In this document: positions 21,928 through 31,777 of the stretch, one piece after another
How positions within the stretch are numbered: the stretch's first letter is position 1
How the letters are laid out: each line of letters opens with the position of its first letter
Origin: an uncultured Opitutales bacterium
Lineage (GTDB): Bacteria > Verrucomicrobiota > Verrucomicrobiia > Opitutales > Intestinicryptomonadaceae
DNA: 32,000 nucleotides
Assembly (NCBI GenBank): GCA_934613415.1
Contig: CAKTSY010000004.1
Location: 60,001 to 92,000, forward strand
Direction: 5' to 3'
Notes under the pieces: model-generated
The model's input: the letters and a program-made list of their open reading frames with translations, nothing else
What the model was told of the DNA's origin: nothing
The model's database searches: none
Position numbers and translations under genes: made by a program

Positions 21928-23442
21928 CTACTTTAACTTAACAACAATATATCCGTAGGCCTGCAAGTTAGCAGTTGTGTTTTGCCCGTTGCACTCTAGC
22001 TTTGCGCCGTATTCCAAAAGCGTTTTTGCCCCATTTGTATCAATCTTAACATTTGCCGAAACGGGCTTATTCTTTGTATTTACAACAACCGCAAATTTTT
22101 CGCTAGCACACTCTCTTGCAAAGCAAACCAAATCTTTTTCTGCCGAAGTATCCAGCCATTTTGTATTGCCGTCGAAGAAAGCGCGGTGTTCGCTTCGCAG
22201 TTGCGAAAGCTTTTTAAGCAAAGCAATTCTTCTTTTGCCTGCATCTGTAAGGGCGTTTTGCCAACCTACAAAATAGCGGCCGTGCTGTGGCGAAGAAAAC
22301 ATAGAAAAATAGCTGTCGTCGGCAATTTCGTTGCCCGAAAAAATCATCGGTATTCCGTCTATTGTATAGTTTATAACCAAAACAGCGTCCATACCGCGAT
22401 GTGTAAACAATTTTTCGTAACGGGCCTTTGCGTTCATACAAATATCGCTTGCAGTGTCGTGGTTGTCCATGTCTCTAAGCAGTCTAGAGCCTTTGGCATA
22501 TTTGTTTTTGTCTAAAACCCACTTGGTTTTAAGGGCGTTTGCGTCGGACTTGCCCGAAAACACCTTTGCCAATTCCCTTTGCCAAATAAAGCCGTAGGTT
22601 GCGTCGTACGCGTCTACCTGACTGTCGGCGCGGCGGCTTTCGGCAAGCATAAACAAGTCGCTTTTAATTTTGCTTATGCGCTTGTAACCTTCTGCCCAAA
22701 AGTCTTTGGGCACCGAACCTTCAACGTCGGTTCTATAGCCGTCTACGTCGAATTTTTCCACAAAATACTCCATATTGCGCCACATTTTTTCTCGCAATTT
22801 GGGGTTGTTAAAATTTAGTTCGGGGAAACCCCACTTGCCGTTTTTAACGTTGCCAGATTCGTCGCATACAACAAGGTTTTTGTCTTCGGCAATCATTGTG
22901 GCTTTGGGCCCGCAGTGATAGTAAACCAAATCCAAAATTACTCTTAGCCCCAACTTGTGGGCGTCGGACACAAAATTTTTAAGGTCGGCCTCGGTTCCGT
23001 AGTCGGGCTCTATGGCAAAATAGTCTTTTAGCCTATAGGGATTTTTGGGGTTGCCAGTGTTCGATGCCCTTTGCCTTTTGCTCCAAAAAGCTTGGTCTGC
23101 ATCGTCGTCGATGGCAACTACGGGGCATAAATATACAACGTTTGCACCGCTTTCTTTTATGTGCGGCAACATTTTGCGCGCAGAATTAAGCGTGCCTTCT
23201 TGCGTAAATACAGGCAAAAGAATTTGGTAAACTATTGCCTTTTTGTTTTTTTCGGAAGTTGCCCTTGCCATTAAATGCGAAGCGTTTTTAGAAGTGTCCG
23301 CTTCGTCGGCTGCGGTTGTGCCGCCTTGTTGAACGGGCTTTTGCGCCGCGCTTTGGGTCGTTTTATTGTTTGTTGAATTGCAGCCCGCCAAAAGCAAAAA
23401 GGCGACAATTAAAGCCGTAATTTTATATGCAAAATGCTTCAT
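21928..23442 (-). CDS. GH13 alpha-amylase family glycoside hydrolase, lipoprotein, 504 aa
   Basis: Lipoprotein signal MKHFAYKITALIVAFLLLAGC. GH13 conserved regions are present: RVILDLVYYHCG (I), DGYRTDVEG (II), FMLAESRR (III) and DMDNHDT (IV). Confidence 0.9.
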   Translation of the reverse strand: MKHFAYKITALIVAFLLLAGCNSTNNKTTQSAAQKPVQQGGTTAADEADTSKNASHLMARATSEKNKKAIVYQILLPVFTQEGTLNSARKMLPHIKESGANVVYLCPVVAIDDDADQAFWSKRQRASNTGNPKNPYRLKDYFAIEPDYGTEADLKNFVSDAHKLGLRVILDLVYYHCGPKATMIAEDKNLVVCDESGNVKNGKWGFPELNFNNPKLREKMWRNMEYFVEKFDVDGYRTDVEGSVPKDFWAEGYKRISKIKSDLFMLAESRRADSQVDAYDATYGFIWQRELAKVFSGKSDANALKTKWVLDKNKYAKGSRLLRDMDNHDTASDICMNAKARYEKLFTHRGMDAVLVINYTIDGIPMIFSGNEIADDSYFSMFSSPQHGRYFVGWQNALTDAGKRRIALLKKLSQLRSEHRAFFDGNTKWLDTSAEKDLVCFARECASEKFAVVVNTKNKPVSANVKIDTNGAKTLLEYGAKLECNGQNTTANLQAYGYIVVKLK

Positions 23443-23552
23443 AATGGTCTTTTTTGTAAATCGAATACATTGTCATAAAAAAGCGGTGTCGTGTCGAGAA
23501 CGAACTTTCTTAAACGCAAAAAAATACCTTAAACTTAAAAACAAATAACGGC

Positions 23553-23584
23553 AAAAAATAAGCCCTTCCTTTTCGGGAAGAGCC
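23553..23584 (-). terminator. Rho-independent terminator after the outer-membrane protein gene
   Basis: On the minus strand: GGCTCTTCC, loop CGAAAA, GGAAGGGCT (9 bp including G-U pairs), followed by TATTTTTT. The plus strand is also T-rich after the hairpin, so it could work in both directions. Confidence 0.6.
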
Positions 23585-23608
23585 TATTTTATTTTTATTT
23601 AGGTTAAA

Positions 23609-24418
23609 TTAGAATTCGTAGCGGATTTTTACAAAGCCTAAATCTGCATCAGAGTGGGCGTCTTGCATAAACCAGTGCTGATATTCTACGCTGGCAACCA
23701 TATTGCAGGTAAATTTCCAAGCAAATTCGGCACCCAATACCTGGTAGTATGAGTAAGGAGCCGATTCTACACGGTTGTACGAATATTTGGGAGTAAACGA
23801 GAAATCTTTGCAGAATGCAATTTCTACACCCGCGCCAAGCTGCCAGGTAAAGAGCAAGTCTTCCTTATCGGAAACATTGTCCATATAGCTATAAAGGCCG
23901 CCTACGCCGCAATCGAGATAGGGAGTTATAACTACATCTTCGGTCTTTACTACGCGGTAGTAGGGACGAAGATTTACCGGGAACATAAACTGATGTGCAT
24001 CGGTGTCGGCATTTACGCTTGCATAGATGTATTGCAAGGGAACAGAAACGTCTAAACCAAAGTCGCAATCTTTGCATTCAAAAACGTTTACATTCACTTG
24101 GGCTACTGCGCCAAAGGCAGCCATACCGTTTATATCGCCGCCAAAGCCGCCAAACGATGCCCAATTTTTACCCAAAGCCGAAACAAACTGCTTTTTGCAT
24201 TCCGCCTTTTTAGCGGGACACTGAGCTGCGGGAGCTGCAGCTTTAGCTTCTTGTGCGGGTTGGGCAACAACCACTGCAACCGTTGCCGCTTGGGCTTCGG
24301 GCTTGGCTGCTTGCTGCTGCGCAGGCTGCGCGGGTTTTGCGACGGTAACCGCCACGTTGTCGGCATTGGCCATAGCCGCAGCCGCGAGAATTGTTGTTAA
24401 TGTAATAATTTTTTTCAT
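23609..24418 (-). CDS. Outer-membrane beta-barrel protein with an Ala/Gln/Pro-rich N-terminal linker, 269 aa
   Basis: Signal peptide MKKIITLTTILAAAAMANA. A low-complexity AQPAQQQAAKPEAQAA... linker follows. The C-terminal ~190 aa show alternating hydrophobic/aromatic beta-strand patterns and end in a terminal aromatic (IRYEF). Confidence 0.75.
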   Translation of the reverse strand: MKKIITLTTILAAAAMANADNVAVTVAKPAQPAQQQAAKPEAQAATVAVVVAQPAQEAKAAAPAAQCPAKKAECKKQFVSALGKNWASFGGFGGDINGMAAFGAVAQVNVNVFECKDCDFGLDVSVPLQYIYASVNADTDAHQFMFPVNLRPYYRVVKTEDVVITPYLDCGVGGLYSYMDNVSDKEDLLFTWQLGAGVEIAFCKDFSFTPKYSYNRVESAPYSYYQVLGAEFAWKFTCNMVASVEYQHWFMQDAHSDADLGFVKIRYEF

Positions 24419-24776
24419 AGTCTGTCTAATAGTTATTGTATTAACTGCCTATAGTTATAGATTATTTCGGCAAAAAAAGTCAACTTTAAAATGCTTTTGC
24501 AAGAATGCTAAAATCCCGTATCGTATGCAAAAATTGGTTGCTTATAGCGAAATCAACCCAAGCATAAATTAAGCCTTGATTAAAAAAGGCAAAAACCTTG
24601 CACAACCGCGCCAAAAGGCCAAATATTGCAGCAAAAAGTACAACTATTCAAACAATCCAAAATCCCTCTATTAGCCCAGCTATAAATTGCGCATAATTAC
24701 TAGTTTTTAGGGCATTTTCGGCAAATTTTACCGTTATTACACAAATAATTATAACCTAAATACAAGCAAGTTACAG

Positions 24777-24802
24777 CAATGGTTTCAATATTGAAACTAT
24801 TG
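24777..24802. promoter_or_regulatory. 26-bp near-perfect palindrome (candidate operator) about 200 bp upstream of nrdD
   Basis: CAATgGTTTCAATATTGAAACtATTG: 12 of 13 positions pair, and the core 16 bp (24782-24797) is perfect. The arms TTTCAA/TTGAAA recur at 24811-24816 and 24831-24836. Confidence 0.4.
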
Positions 24803-24999
24803 TACAATTTTTTCAACTTTTAGGTCGATTTTGAAACTTTCCTTTTAAAAAACACTTATTTTTGCCTTGTAAAAGAGCAATTTTTGCCGTTGCCTATTCG
24901 AACGATATCCTTTGCAATGCAAGCTAGGGCAAAAATTTACCCTCCGGCAAACGCAAAATTTTCCTAAAAATCATTTAAACAGAAAGCACTAACACTACC

Positions 25000-27162
25000 A
25001 TGAAAATCATAAAGCGCAACGGCTCGGAAGAAAATTTCGAGATTAAAAAGATTTTAACCGCCGTAACAAAGGCAAATCAAACAGTAGAGTTTAAAGACGC
25101 GTTAACTTCGACCCAAATAAAGGAAATAGGCGAATATGTTCAGGGCGTTTGCGACGCCTTAGACAGGGCCTTGTCGGTAGAGGAAATTCAGGATATTGTG
25201 GAAACGCAAATAATGCAAAAAGGCGCGTACGAAGTGGCAAAAAAATACATACGCTACCGCTATGTGCGCAACCTTATCCGCCACGCAAACACAACCGACA
25301 ACAACATTCTTACCCTTATAGAATGCAACAACGAAGAAGTTAAGCAGGAAAATTCTAACAAAAACCCCACCGTTAACAGCGTTCAGCGCGACTATATGGC
25401 GGGCGAAGTTTCCAAAGACATTTCAAAGCGCATACTGCTGCCCCCCGAAGTTATAGAAGCCCACGAAAACGGCATTATACACTTCCACGATATGGACTAT
25501 TTTGCCCAGCATATGCACAACTGCGACTTGGTAAACCTTGAAGATATGCTAAACAACGGCACTGTAATTTCGGGCACCTACATAGACAAGCCCAAAAGCT
25601 TTGCCACAGCCTGCAACATTGCAACCCAAATTATAGCGCAAGTAGCCAGCAACCAATACGGCGGTCAAAGCATAACCCTTACTCATTTGGCACCATTTGT
25701 GCAAATCTCGCGCGAAAAAATTAGCGCATCTTTAAAGGAAGAACTTAACGAAGGCGGCGTTACAATGGAATCCAGCAAGTTCGACGCCATTGTAGAAAAA
25801 CGCCTGCGCGAAGAAATTGCTCGGGGCGTACAGATAATACAGTATCAGGTTGTAACGCTTATGACTACAAACGGGCAAGCTCCATTTGTAACCGTGTTTA
25901 TGTATTTGGGCGAAGCTCGCAACGAACGCGAAAAGAAAGACCTTGCCATGATTATCGAAGAGGTATTAAGGCAAAGGTATAAGGGCGTAAAGAACGAAAA
26001 AGGCGTTTATATTTCGCCCGCGTTCCCCAAGCTTATATACGTTTTGGAAGAAGACACAATGAACGAAAATTCGCCCTACTACTACCTTACGGTTTTGGCG
26101 GCGAAGTGCTCGGCAAAAAGGCTTGTTCCCGACTATATAAGCGAAAAGAAAATGAAAGAGCTAAAGGAAGGCAACTGCTTCCCGATGATGGGCTGCAGGT
26201 CGTGTTTGGCTCCGTGGCGCGACGAAAGCGGCAAATACAAGTTTTACGGCCGCTTTAACCAAGGGGTAGTTACAATAAACCTTGTAGACATTGCATTGAG
26301 CAGCCAAAAAGACGAGAAACTTTTCTGGAAAATTTTCGACGACAGACTTGAAATTTGCTTTAAGGCATTGATGAGCCGCCACAACCGCCTAAAAGGCACG
26401 CTTTCAGACGCAGCCCCTATTCTTTGGCAACATGGAGCAATTGCGCGCTTAAAGAAAGGCGAAACTATCGACAAGCTCTTATACGGAGGCTATTCTTCCA
26501 TTTCGCTGGGCTATGCAGGACTTTGCGAATGCGTAAGGTATATGAAAGGCAAAAGCCATACAGACCCCGAAGCCACGCCCTTTGCCATTGCCGTTATGAA
26601 ACACTTAAACGAAGCGTGTGCTAAGTGGAAAAAGGAGACAAACATAGGCTTTGCCCTATACGGAACGCCTTTGGAAACCACAACATACCGCTTTGCAAAA
26701 TGCCTCCAAAAACGCTTTGGGAAAATAGAGGGCGTAACCGACAAAAACTACATAACAAACAGCTACCACGTTCACGTTACCGAGCCTATCGACGCATTCT
26801 CGAAACTGGCGTTTGAATCGCAATTTCAGGCATTGTCGACAGGCGGTGCAATAAGCTATGTTGAAGTTCCGAATATGCAGAACAACATAGAGGCGGTTTT
26901 GCAGATTATGAAGTTTATTTACGACAATATTATGTATGCCGAGCTTAACACAAAAAGCGACTATTGCCAAGTGTGCGGCTTCGACGGCGAAATAGAAATC
27001 GTAAAAGACGAATCGGGCAAACTTATTTGGAAATGCCCCAAATGCGGAAATACCGACCAGACAAAAATGAACGTTGCGCGCAGAACTTGCGGGTATATCG
27101 GCACTCAGTTTTGGAATCAGGGCAGAACGCAGGAAATTAAAGACCGCGTATTGCATTTGTAG
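25000..27162 (+). CDS. nrdD: Anaerobic ribonucleoside-triphosphate reductase (class III RNR), 720 aa
   Basis: N-terminal ATP-cone (MKIIKRNGSEENFEIKKI). C-terminal Zn-ribbon CQVCG...CPKCG and glycyl-radical motif RRTCGYIG. Confidence 0.95.
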   Translation: MKIIKRNGSEENFEIKKILTAVTKANQTVEFKDALTSTQIKEIGEYVQGVCDALDRALSVEEIQDIVETQIMQKGAYEVAKKYIRYRYVRNLIRHANTTDNNILTLIECNNEEVKQENSNKNPTVNSVQRDYMAGEVSKDISKRILLPPEVIEAHENGIIHFHDMDYFAQHMHNCDLVNLEDMLNNGTVISGTYIDKPKSFATACNIATQIIAQVASNQYGGQSITLTHLAPFVQISREKISASLKEELNEGGVTMESSKFDAIVEKRLREEIARGVQIIQYQVVTLMTTNGQAPFVTVFMYLGEARNEREKKDLAMIIEEVLRQRYKGVKNEKGVYISPAFPKLIYVLEEDTMNENSPYYYLTVLAAKCSAKRLVPDYISEKKMKELKEGNCFPMMGCRSCLAPWRDESGKYKFYGRFNQGVVTINLVDIALSSQKDEKLFWKIFDDRLEICFKALMSRHNRLKGTLSDAAPILWQHGAIARLKKGETIDKLLYGGYSSISLGYAGLCECVRYMKGKSHTDPEATPFAIAVMKHLNEACAKWKKETNIGFALYGTPLETTTYRFAKCLQKRFGKIEGVTDKNYITNSYHVHVTEPIDAFSKLAFESQFQALSTGGAISYVEVPNMQNNIEAVLQIMKFIYDNIMYAELNTKSDYCQVCGFDGEIEIVKDESGKLIWKCPKCGNTDQTKMNVARRTCGYIGTQFWNQGRTQEIKDRVLHL

Positions 27163-27165
27163 AAT

Positions 27166-27705
27166 ATGAACTACTCGGCAATAAAGCCAAACGACATAGC
27201 CGACGGCGAAGGCGTGAGAGTTTCGCTTTTCGTTTCGGGCTGCTTAAGGCACTGCAAAGGGTGCTTTAACAGCTCGGCGTGGAGCTTCGAAAGCGGCAAA
27301 CCGTTTACCGACGAAGTGCAAAACAACCTTCTTAAGCTTTTAGACCGTTCGTATATAAACGGCCTTACCCTTTTGGGGGGCGACCCTTTTGAAATCCAAA
27401 ATCAAAAGGCGTTGCTGCCCTTTTTAGAAAGGGTAAAAAAAGAGCTTCCGCAAAAGAATGTTTGGGCATATACAGGCTACGTTTTAGACGAAGACTTGAT
27501 TAAAGGCGGGCAACGCCATTGCGAAGCTACCTACCCTATGCTAAAGCTTATAGATGTTTTAGTAGACGGGCCTTTTGTTGAAGATTTAAAAGATATTTCG
27601 CTGAAATTTAGGGGCTCTTCAAACCAAAGAATTATAGACTTAAAAAACTTTTCGTTCGACGATTTTCTGGTAAAAGAAGAACTGCTTTGGCGAATGAATA
27701 AGTAG
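27166..27705 (+). CDS. nrdG: Anaerobic RNR activating protein (radical SAM), 179 aa
   Basis: It starts 3 nt after the nrdD stop. CxxxCxxC motif GCLRHCKGCFN, followed by GLTLLGGDPF. Confidence 0.93.
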   Translation: MNYSAIKPNDIADGEGVRVSLFVSGCLRHCKGCFNSSAWSFESGKPFTDEVQNNLLKLLDRSYINGLTLLGGDPFEIQNQKALLPFLERVKKELPQKNVWAYTGYVLDEDLIKGGQRHCEATYPMLKLIDVLVDGPFVEDLKDISLKFRGSSNQRIIDLKNFSFDDFLVKEELLWRMNK

Positions 27706-27771
27706 TATAAAGCAAACGCTTTTTTGCAAAAAAACATTCGCAAGAAATCTGCTTTTAAACGTAAAAGATTT

Positions 27772-27802
27772 GCCCCGACAAAAAACTGTTGGGGCTTTTT
27801 TT
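27772..27802 (+). terminator. Rho-independent terminator after nrdG
   Basis: GCCCCGACA, loop AAAAAC, TGTTGGGGC (9 bp, one G-U pair), followed by T7. Confidence 0.75.
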
Positions 27803-28017
27803 GCGCAAAACACAAAACAAATGTTTTTTGATATTTTTAGATACAACAAAAGACAAATACAAATAGGCGCGCAACCTGCAGCATTATTGCCTTTTTCAAA
27901 AAAGCCAACGCAAAATAAGGCATAAAAAACGGCATCATAAAAAAAGTTTAATTTTTTTGAAAAAAAAGCTTGGCAAACAGTTGAAAATATGTAGAGTTAT
28001 AGACTTTATTTTACAGC

Positions 28018-28101
28018 GGTGGGGTATCCAAGTGGTCAAAGGATGCGGACTGTAAATCCGTCCGGTTATGCCGTTCGTGGGTTCGACCCCCACCCCCACC
28101 A
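28018..28101 (+). tRNA. tRNA-Tyr (anticodon GUA), class II, CCA not encoded
   Basis: Acceptor GGTGGGG/CCCCACC. Anticodon arm GCGGA-CTGTAAA-TCCGT. Variable arm CGGT-TAT-GCCG. T arm GTGGG-TTCGACC-CCCAC. Discriminator A at 28101. Confidence 0.88.
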
Positions 28102-28117
28102 CTGTAAAGTGATTCAC

Positions 28118-28202
28118 GCTCAGGTGGTGAAATTGGTAGACACGTACGCTTGAGGTGCGTATGCTTAACGGCGTGCGGGTTCAAGTCCCGCCCTGAGCAC
28201 CA
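28118..28202 (+). tRNA. tRNA-Leu (anticodon GAG), CCA encoded
   Basis: Acceptor GCTCAGG/CCTGAGC. Anticodon arm TACGC-TTGAGGT-GCGTA. Long variable region. T arm GCGGG-TTCAAGT-CCCGC. 3' end A-CCA. It lies 16 nt after tRNA-Tyr, so the two are probably co-transcribed. Confidence 0.88.
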
Positions 28203-28209
28203 TTTTTAG

Positions 28210-28241
28210 CCCGCATTCCGACAAGGTTTGCGGGTTTTTTG
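28210..28241 (+). terminator. Rho-independent terminator after the tRNA-Tyr/tRNA-Leu pair
   Basis: CCCGCA (28210-28215), 13-nt loop, TGCGGG (28229-28234), then T6. Confidence 0.65.
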
Positions 28242-28507
28242 TTGGCTTAAATACTGGGTTTGCGGGCGATTTTGCCCCTTTTTTGCGTTAAATAGCCGTT
28301 GAACATATGTTAAAAATATGGCGTATTTTTGCTTGAAAAGTCCCCACTTTTTCCCCGCTGTTTTGCCCCGACGGAAAAACAATTTCTATTAAAACCTATT
28401 CGCCCCTTTTTGCGTTCTCGCAAAAAACGCAAAACTTAGCTTGGAACAATTCGCCAGAGCACAAATTTAAGTTGGTTTTGGAATAATAAAGACCGAAACA
28501 AAAATAA

Positions 28508-28543
28508 AAAGACTTAGCGGCACTTTGCCCTAGGTCTTTTTTT
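28508..28543 (+). terminator. Orphan terminator-like hairpin with no annotated gene upstream
   Basis: AAAGACTTAG (28508-28517), 12-nt loop, CTAGGTCTTT (28530-28539; 10 bp, one G-U pair), running into a T7 tract. The reverse strand is also followed by T-rich sequence. Confidence 0.45.
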
Positions 28544-28706
28544 GTGCTTATAAAAAACCTTAACACGCGCTAGCAATAAAGCATACGCTGCTTGGCAAAT
28601 GCAACAAAAACGCCGCATAAAGCTTTTGCATATAACTTTAGCAAAAACCCATAGGCAAATAAATTTATGCCCTAAATAACGGCAAAATTTGCGTTATTTT
28701 ACGGCG

Positions 28707-28742
28707 CAAAAAAAAGGCGAAAGCACATAAGTGCCCTCGCCT
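28707..28742 (-). terminator. Rho-independent terminator after gspF/pilC
   Basis: On the minus strand: GGCGAGGGCAC, loop TTAT, GTGCTTTCGCC (with G-U pairs), followed by T8-9. It sits about 25 nt beyond the stop at 28767. Confidence 0.65.
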
Positions 28743-28766
28743 TTTTATATAAAATTTTGTTTCGGT

Positions 28767-29993
28767 TTAGCCTCCCGACATTCTCGAAACGATTTCGATA
28801 ATGGGCAGGAACAACGCAATAACTATGGTACCAACCATTACCGCCAAAAATACAATCATTACAGGTTCGATAATTGAAGTTACCGCGCTTACGGCGTTAT
28901 CTACTTCTTCGTCGTAGTTGTCGGCAATACGGTTTAACATATCAGCCAACTGACCGGTTTCTTCGCCAACTTCAACCATACTGGTTACCATGTTTGGGAA
29001 AATCTTTTGCTGGTCTAGCGGCCCGGCTATGGGTTCGCCGTCTCTTACGCGGTCGTGTACGCGTTCAAGGGCCTTTGCAACAACCGAATTTTTAATTGTG
29101 CCCTGTGTAATTTTAAGAGCCTCCAAAATCGGAACGCCAGAAGCGAGCAAAGTACCCAAAGTTCTGGTAAAGCGACCTACGGTTGTTTTAATAACCAAGT
29201 CGCCAACCTTGGGGCACTTAATCATAAACGTGTCGAAAAGCTTTATGCCGATTTTCGTTTTAAAGAAAAGCTTTAGCACAATTACTACCGCGGCCAAAAT
29301 GCCCAAAGTAATTGTAATGTTGTGCTGCATAAATTCCGAAATATTTATAACCATTTGGGTTAACTGAGGCATTTGCGCACCGCCCAACATATCTTGGAAT
29401 ATCTGCTGGAATTTGGGAACAACAAACACCATCAAAACCGCAACAATGCCCAACGCAACCGTAAGAATGATTGCAGGATATATCATTGCGCCCTTAACCT
29501 TCTTTGCTGTTTTAATCGACTTTTCGCTAAACAGCGCGGTTCTGTCGAGAACAACGTCTAGCACGCCGCCCGCTTCGCCCGCCTTTACCATGTTAATGTA
29601 AAGCTTGTCGAAGATTTTCGGATACTGCGAAAGACCGTCGGAAAATTTATTACCCGTACGAACGTTGTCGGCAAGCTTTTCGACCACCGACTTAAAATAG
29701 GCGTTCTTTTCCTGACGGGCGACAACTTCCAAAGCCTTTAGCAAAGGCAAGCCCGCCTTAAGCAAAATTGCCATTTGGCGGGTAAACACGGTAACTTCTT
29801 CGTGCGATACGCCCGCGCCGAACAGGGGTTTTGGCGCCTTTTTGGTTTTAGACTCGACAACCTCGGCTATGCGCGAAACCGCCAATCCCTGCGAAAGAAG
29901 CTGCGCTTTTGCAGCCCTTTCGGACGGGGCTTCGACAACACCCTGCACTTCGCGAGTGTCTTTGCCGACCGCTATATATTTAAACTTTGCCAT
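28767..29993 (-). CDS. gspF: Type II secretion / type IV pilus platform protein (GspF/PilC family), 408 aa
   Basis: Duplicated T2SSF domains, three TM segments, and typical motifs FTRQMAILLKAGLPLLKAL and MVEVGEETGQL. Confidence 0.9.
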   Translation of the reverse strand: MAKFKYIAVGKDTREVQGVVEAPSERAAKAQLLSQGLAVSRIAEVVESKTKKAPKPLFGAGVSHEEVTVFTRQMAILLKAGLPLLKALEVVARQEKNAYFKSVVEKLADNVRTGNKFSDGLSQYPKIFDKLYINMVKAGEAGGVLDVVLDRTALFSEKSIKTAKKVKGAMIYPAIILTVALGIVAVLMVFVVPKFQQIFQDMLGGAQMPQLTQMVINISEFMQHNITITLGILAAVVIVLKLFFKTKIGIKLFDTFMIKCPKVGDLVIKTTVGRFTRTLGTLLASGVPILEALKITQGTIKNSVVAKALERVHDRVRDGEPIAGPLDQQKIFPNMVTSMVEVGEETGQLADMLNRIADNYDEEVDNAVSAVTSIIEPVMIVFLAVMVGTIVIALFLPIIEIVSRMSGG

Positions 29994-30064
29994 AAAGAAT
30001 AAGTAGAATTAAAATTTCAATTAATAGATTATCGCTTATTTTTAAACGTCTTGCAAGCGTAATA

Positions 30065-31753
30065 TTAAGTATATTTCAAAACTTCTTCAACGGTTGTCGC
30101 ACCGTCGAATATTGCGCGCAAGCCGTCGTCGCGCAAGGTGCGCATACCAAGCTCTATTGCCTTTTGCTTTAAAACAAGGGTTGGAGCCTTGTTTGTTATA
30201 AGCTGGCGCAAAGCGTCGTTAACAAGCAGCAATTCGAACAAGCCCTGCCTGCCCTTGTAGCCGCTGTTTGCGCATTCGCTGCAGCCCTTGCCAAAATAGA
30301 ACTGCTTGTCGGCAATTTCTATCGGGTCTACGCCAAGCATATCAATAAGCTGCTGGTCGGGCTCGTAGGCGGTTTTGCAAACGGGGCAAATGCGGCGAAC
30401 AAGTCGCTGACCTAGCACGCCTTCAAGAGACGCCGCAATAAGGAAGGGTTCCAGCCCCATATCCATCAAACGCGTTACAGCACCCGGCGAGTCGTTAGTG
30501 TGCAAGGTAGCCAAAACAACGTGACCCGTAAGCGATGCTTGCACTGCAATTTGGGCTGTTTCCAAGTCGCGGATTTCGCCTACCATTATTTTGTCGGGGT
30601 CTTGACGCAAGAAAGCCCTTAAGCACCTTGCAAAGTCCAAACCAACGTGGTGGTTAATCTGCACCTGCATAATGCCGTCGATTTCGTATTCTACAGGGTC
30701 TTCGGAAGTAAGAATTTTTATGTCTACGGTGTTTACTTCGCGCAATGCCGAGTAAAGGGTTGTTGTTTTACCCGAACCCGTAGGCCCTGTTACAATGAAT
30801 ATACCGTTGGGCAGCCTTACAAGCCTTCTGATATTTTCCTTAATATCGTCCGACATCGAAAGCTTTTCCAAGTCCAAATTAACAACGCTTTTGTCGAGAA
30901 TACGCAATACAACCGATTCGCCGAATTGCGTAGGCAGCGTAGACACACGCAAGTCTACGGGGCGTCCCGAAATAGTCATTTTAATACGGCCGTCTTGCGG
31001 TATACGCTGTTCGGCAATGTTTAGGTTTGCCAAAACTTTTATACGCGAAATTACCGGCAGCGCCAAGCTTTTGGGCGGCGGCGCCATTTCGTATAGCGCA
31101 CCGTCTATACGGTATCTAATTCTAAACTGGTTTTCGAAAGGCTCGAAGTGAATATCCGAAGCCTTGTCGCGAATGGCCTGCTGCAACACCAAGTTTACAA
31201 ACCTGATAATTGGTGTTTCGTTTGCCATATTGGCAATGTCGTTTTCCGAAACGTCTCCTTCGGCATAGGTTGCAGAGCCAGAAATTTCGCTGAGCAAGTC
31301 GTCTATAGACGTGTCTTCGTCGCCGTAGCACGACTTAATTAAAGTATCTACATAAGAAGGATCCGTTACTATTATATGGACGTCTTTATTAAGGGTAAAC
31401 GTTAAGTCGTCTATAATAGCGTTGTTGAAAGGGTCTTTCGCAAGCAGGTCTATTGAAGTGTCGGAAGCCCTTACGGGAACAACCCCGTAGTTGCGCGCAA
31501 GCTGCGCCCTTAGCTGCTTGTGCACTGCCTCTTCTATGCTGGGCGGCGGAACAAGCATACATTCGTAGCCGAGATAATCGGCAATTGCCTTCAACAAATC
31601 GTCTTTCGAAACAAGCCCCGAATCTATAACAACGTTGGCAAAAGATTTGCCAGTGCTTAAATGCGTTTCCTTAAGGTCGTCCAACTGGGCAACCGAAAGT
31701 ACTTTCTTTTCTTTGAGGATTTCGTAAATAGTGCTGTTGTTGTCTTCAAACAT
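30065..31753 (-). CDS. gspE: Type II secretion / type IV pilus assembly ATPase (GspE/PilB family), 562 aa
   Basis: N-terminal T2SSE_N-type domain, Walker [10 protein letters not shown], Asp and His boxes, and the tetracysteine motif CPVC...CSEC followed by GYKGRQG. Confidence 0.92.
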   Translation of the reverse strand: MFEDNNSTIYEILKEKKVLSVAQLDDLKETHLSTGKSFANVVIDSGLVSKDDLLKAIADYLGYECMLVPPPSIEEAVHKQLRAQLARNYGVVPVRASDTSIDLLAKDPFNNAIIDDLTFTLNKDVHIIVTDPSYVDTLIKSCYGDEDTSIDDLLSEISGSATYAEGDVSENDIANMANETPIIRFVNLVLQQAIRDKASDIHFEPFENQFRIRYRIDGALYEMAPPPKSLALPVISRIKVLANLNIAEQRIPQDGRIKMTISGRPVDLRVSTLPTQFGESVVLRILDKSVVNLDLEKLSMSDDIKENIRRLVRLPNGIFIVTGPTGSGKTTTLYSALREVNTVDIKILTSEDPVEYEIDGIMQVQINHHVGLDFARCLRAFLRQDPDKIMVGEIRDLETAQIAVQASLTGHVVLATLHTNDSPGAVTRLMDMGLEPFLIAASLEGVLGQRLVRRICPVCKTAYEPDQQLIDMLGVDPIEIADKQFYFGKGCSECANSGYKGRQGLFELLLVNDALRQLITNKAPTLVLKQKAIELGMRTLRDDGLRAIFDGATTVEEVLKYT

Positions 31754-31777
31754 TTTTAAAAATCTCCAAGTTGCGGA

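Noticed and set aside
23889-24572. Multiple 60-100 aa ORFs on both strands in the OMP gene region
   Set aside because: They are generated by the GC-rich Ala/Gln/Pro low-complexity linker. The signal peptide and the C-terminal barrel define the real frame.
24777-24802. Reading the nrdD-upstream palindrome as an NrdR box
   Set aside because: When aligned centre to centre with the NrdR consensus as I recall it (acaCwAtATaTwGtgt), only about 1 of 8 half-site positions matches. It is kept as an unassigned candidate operator instead.
30647-31342. + strand ORFs inside gspE (30647..31024, 30795..31151, 31148..31342)
   Set aside because: They are antisense to a confidently identified ATPase gene.
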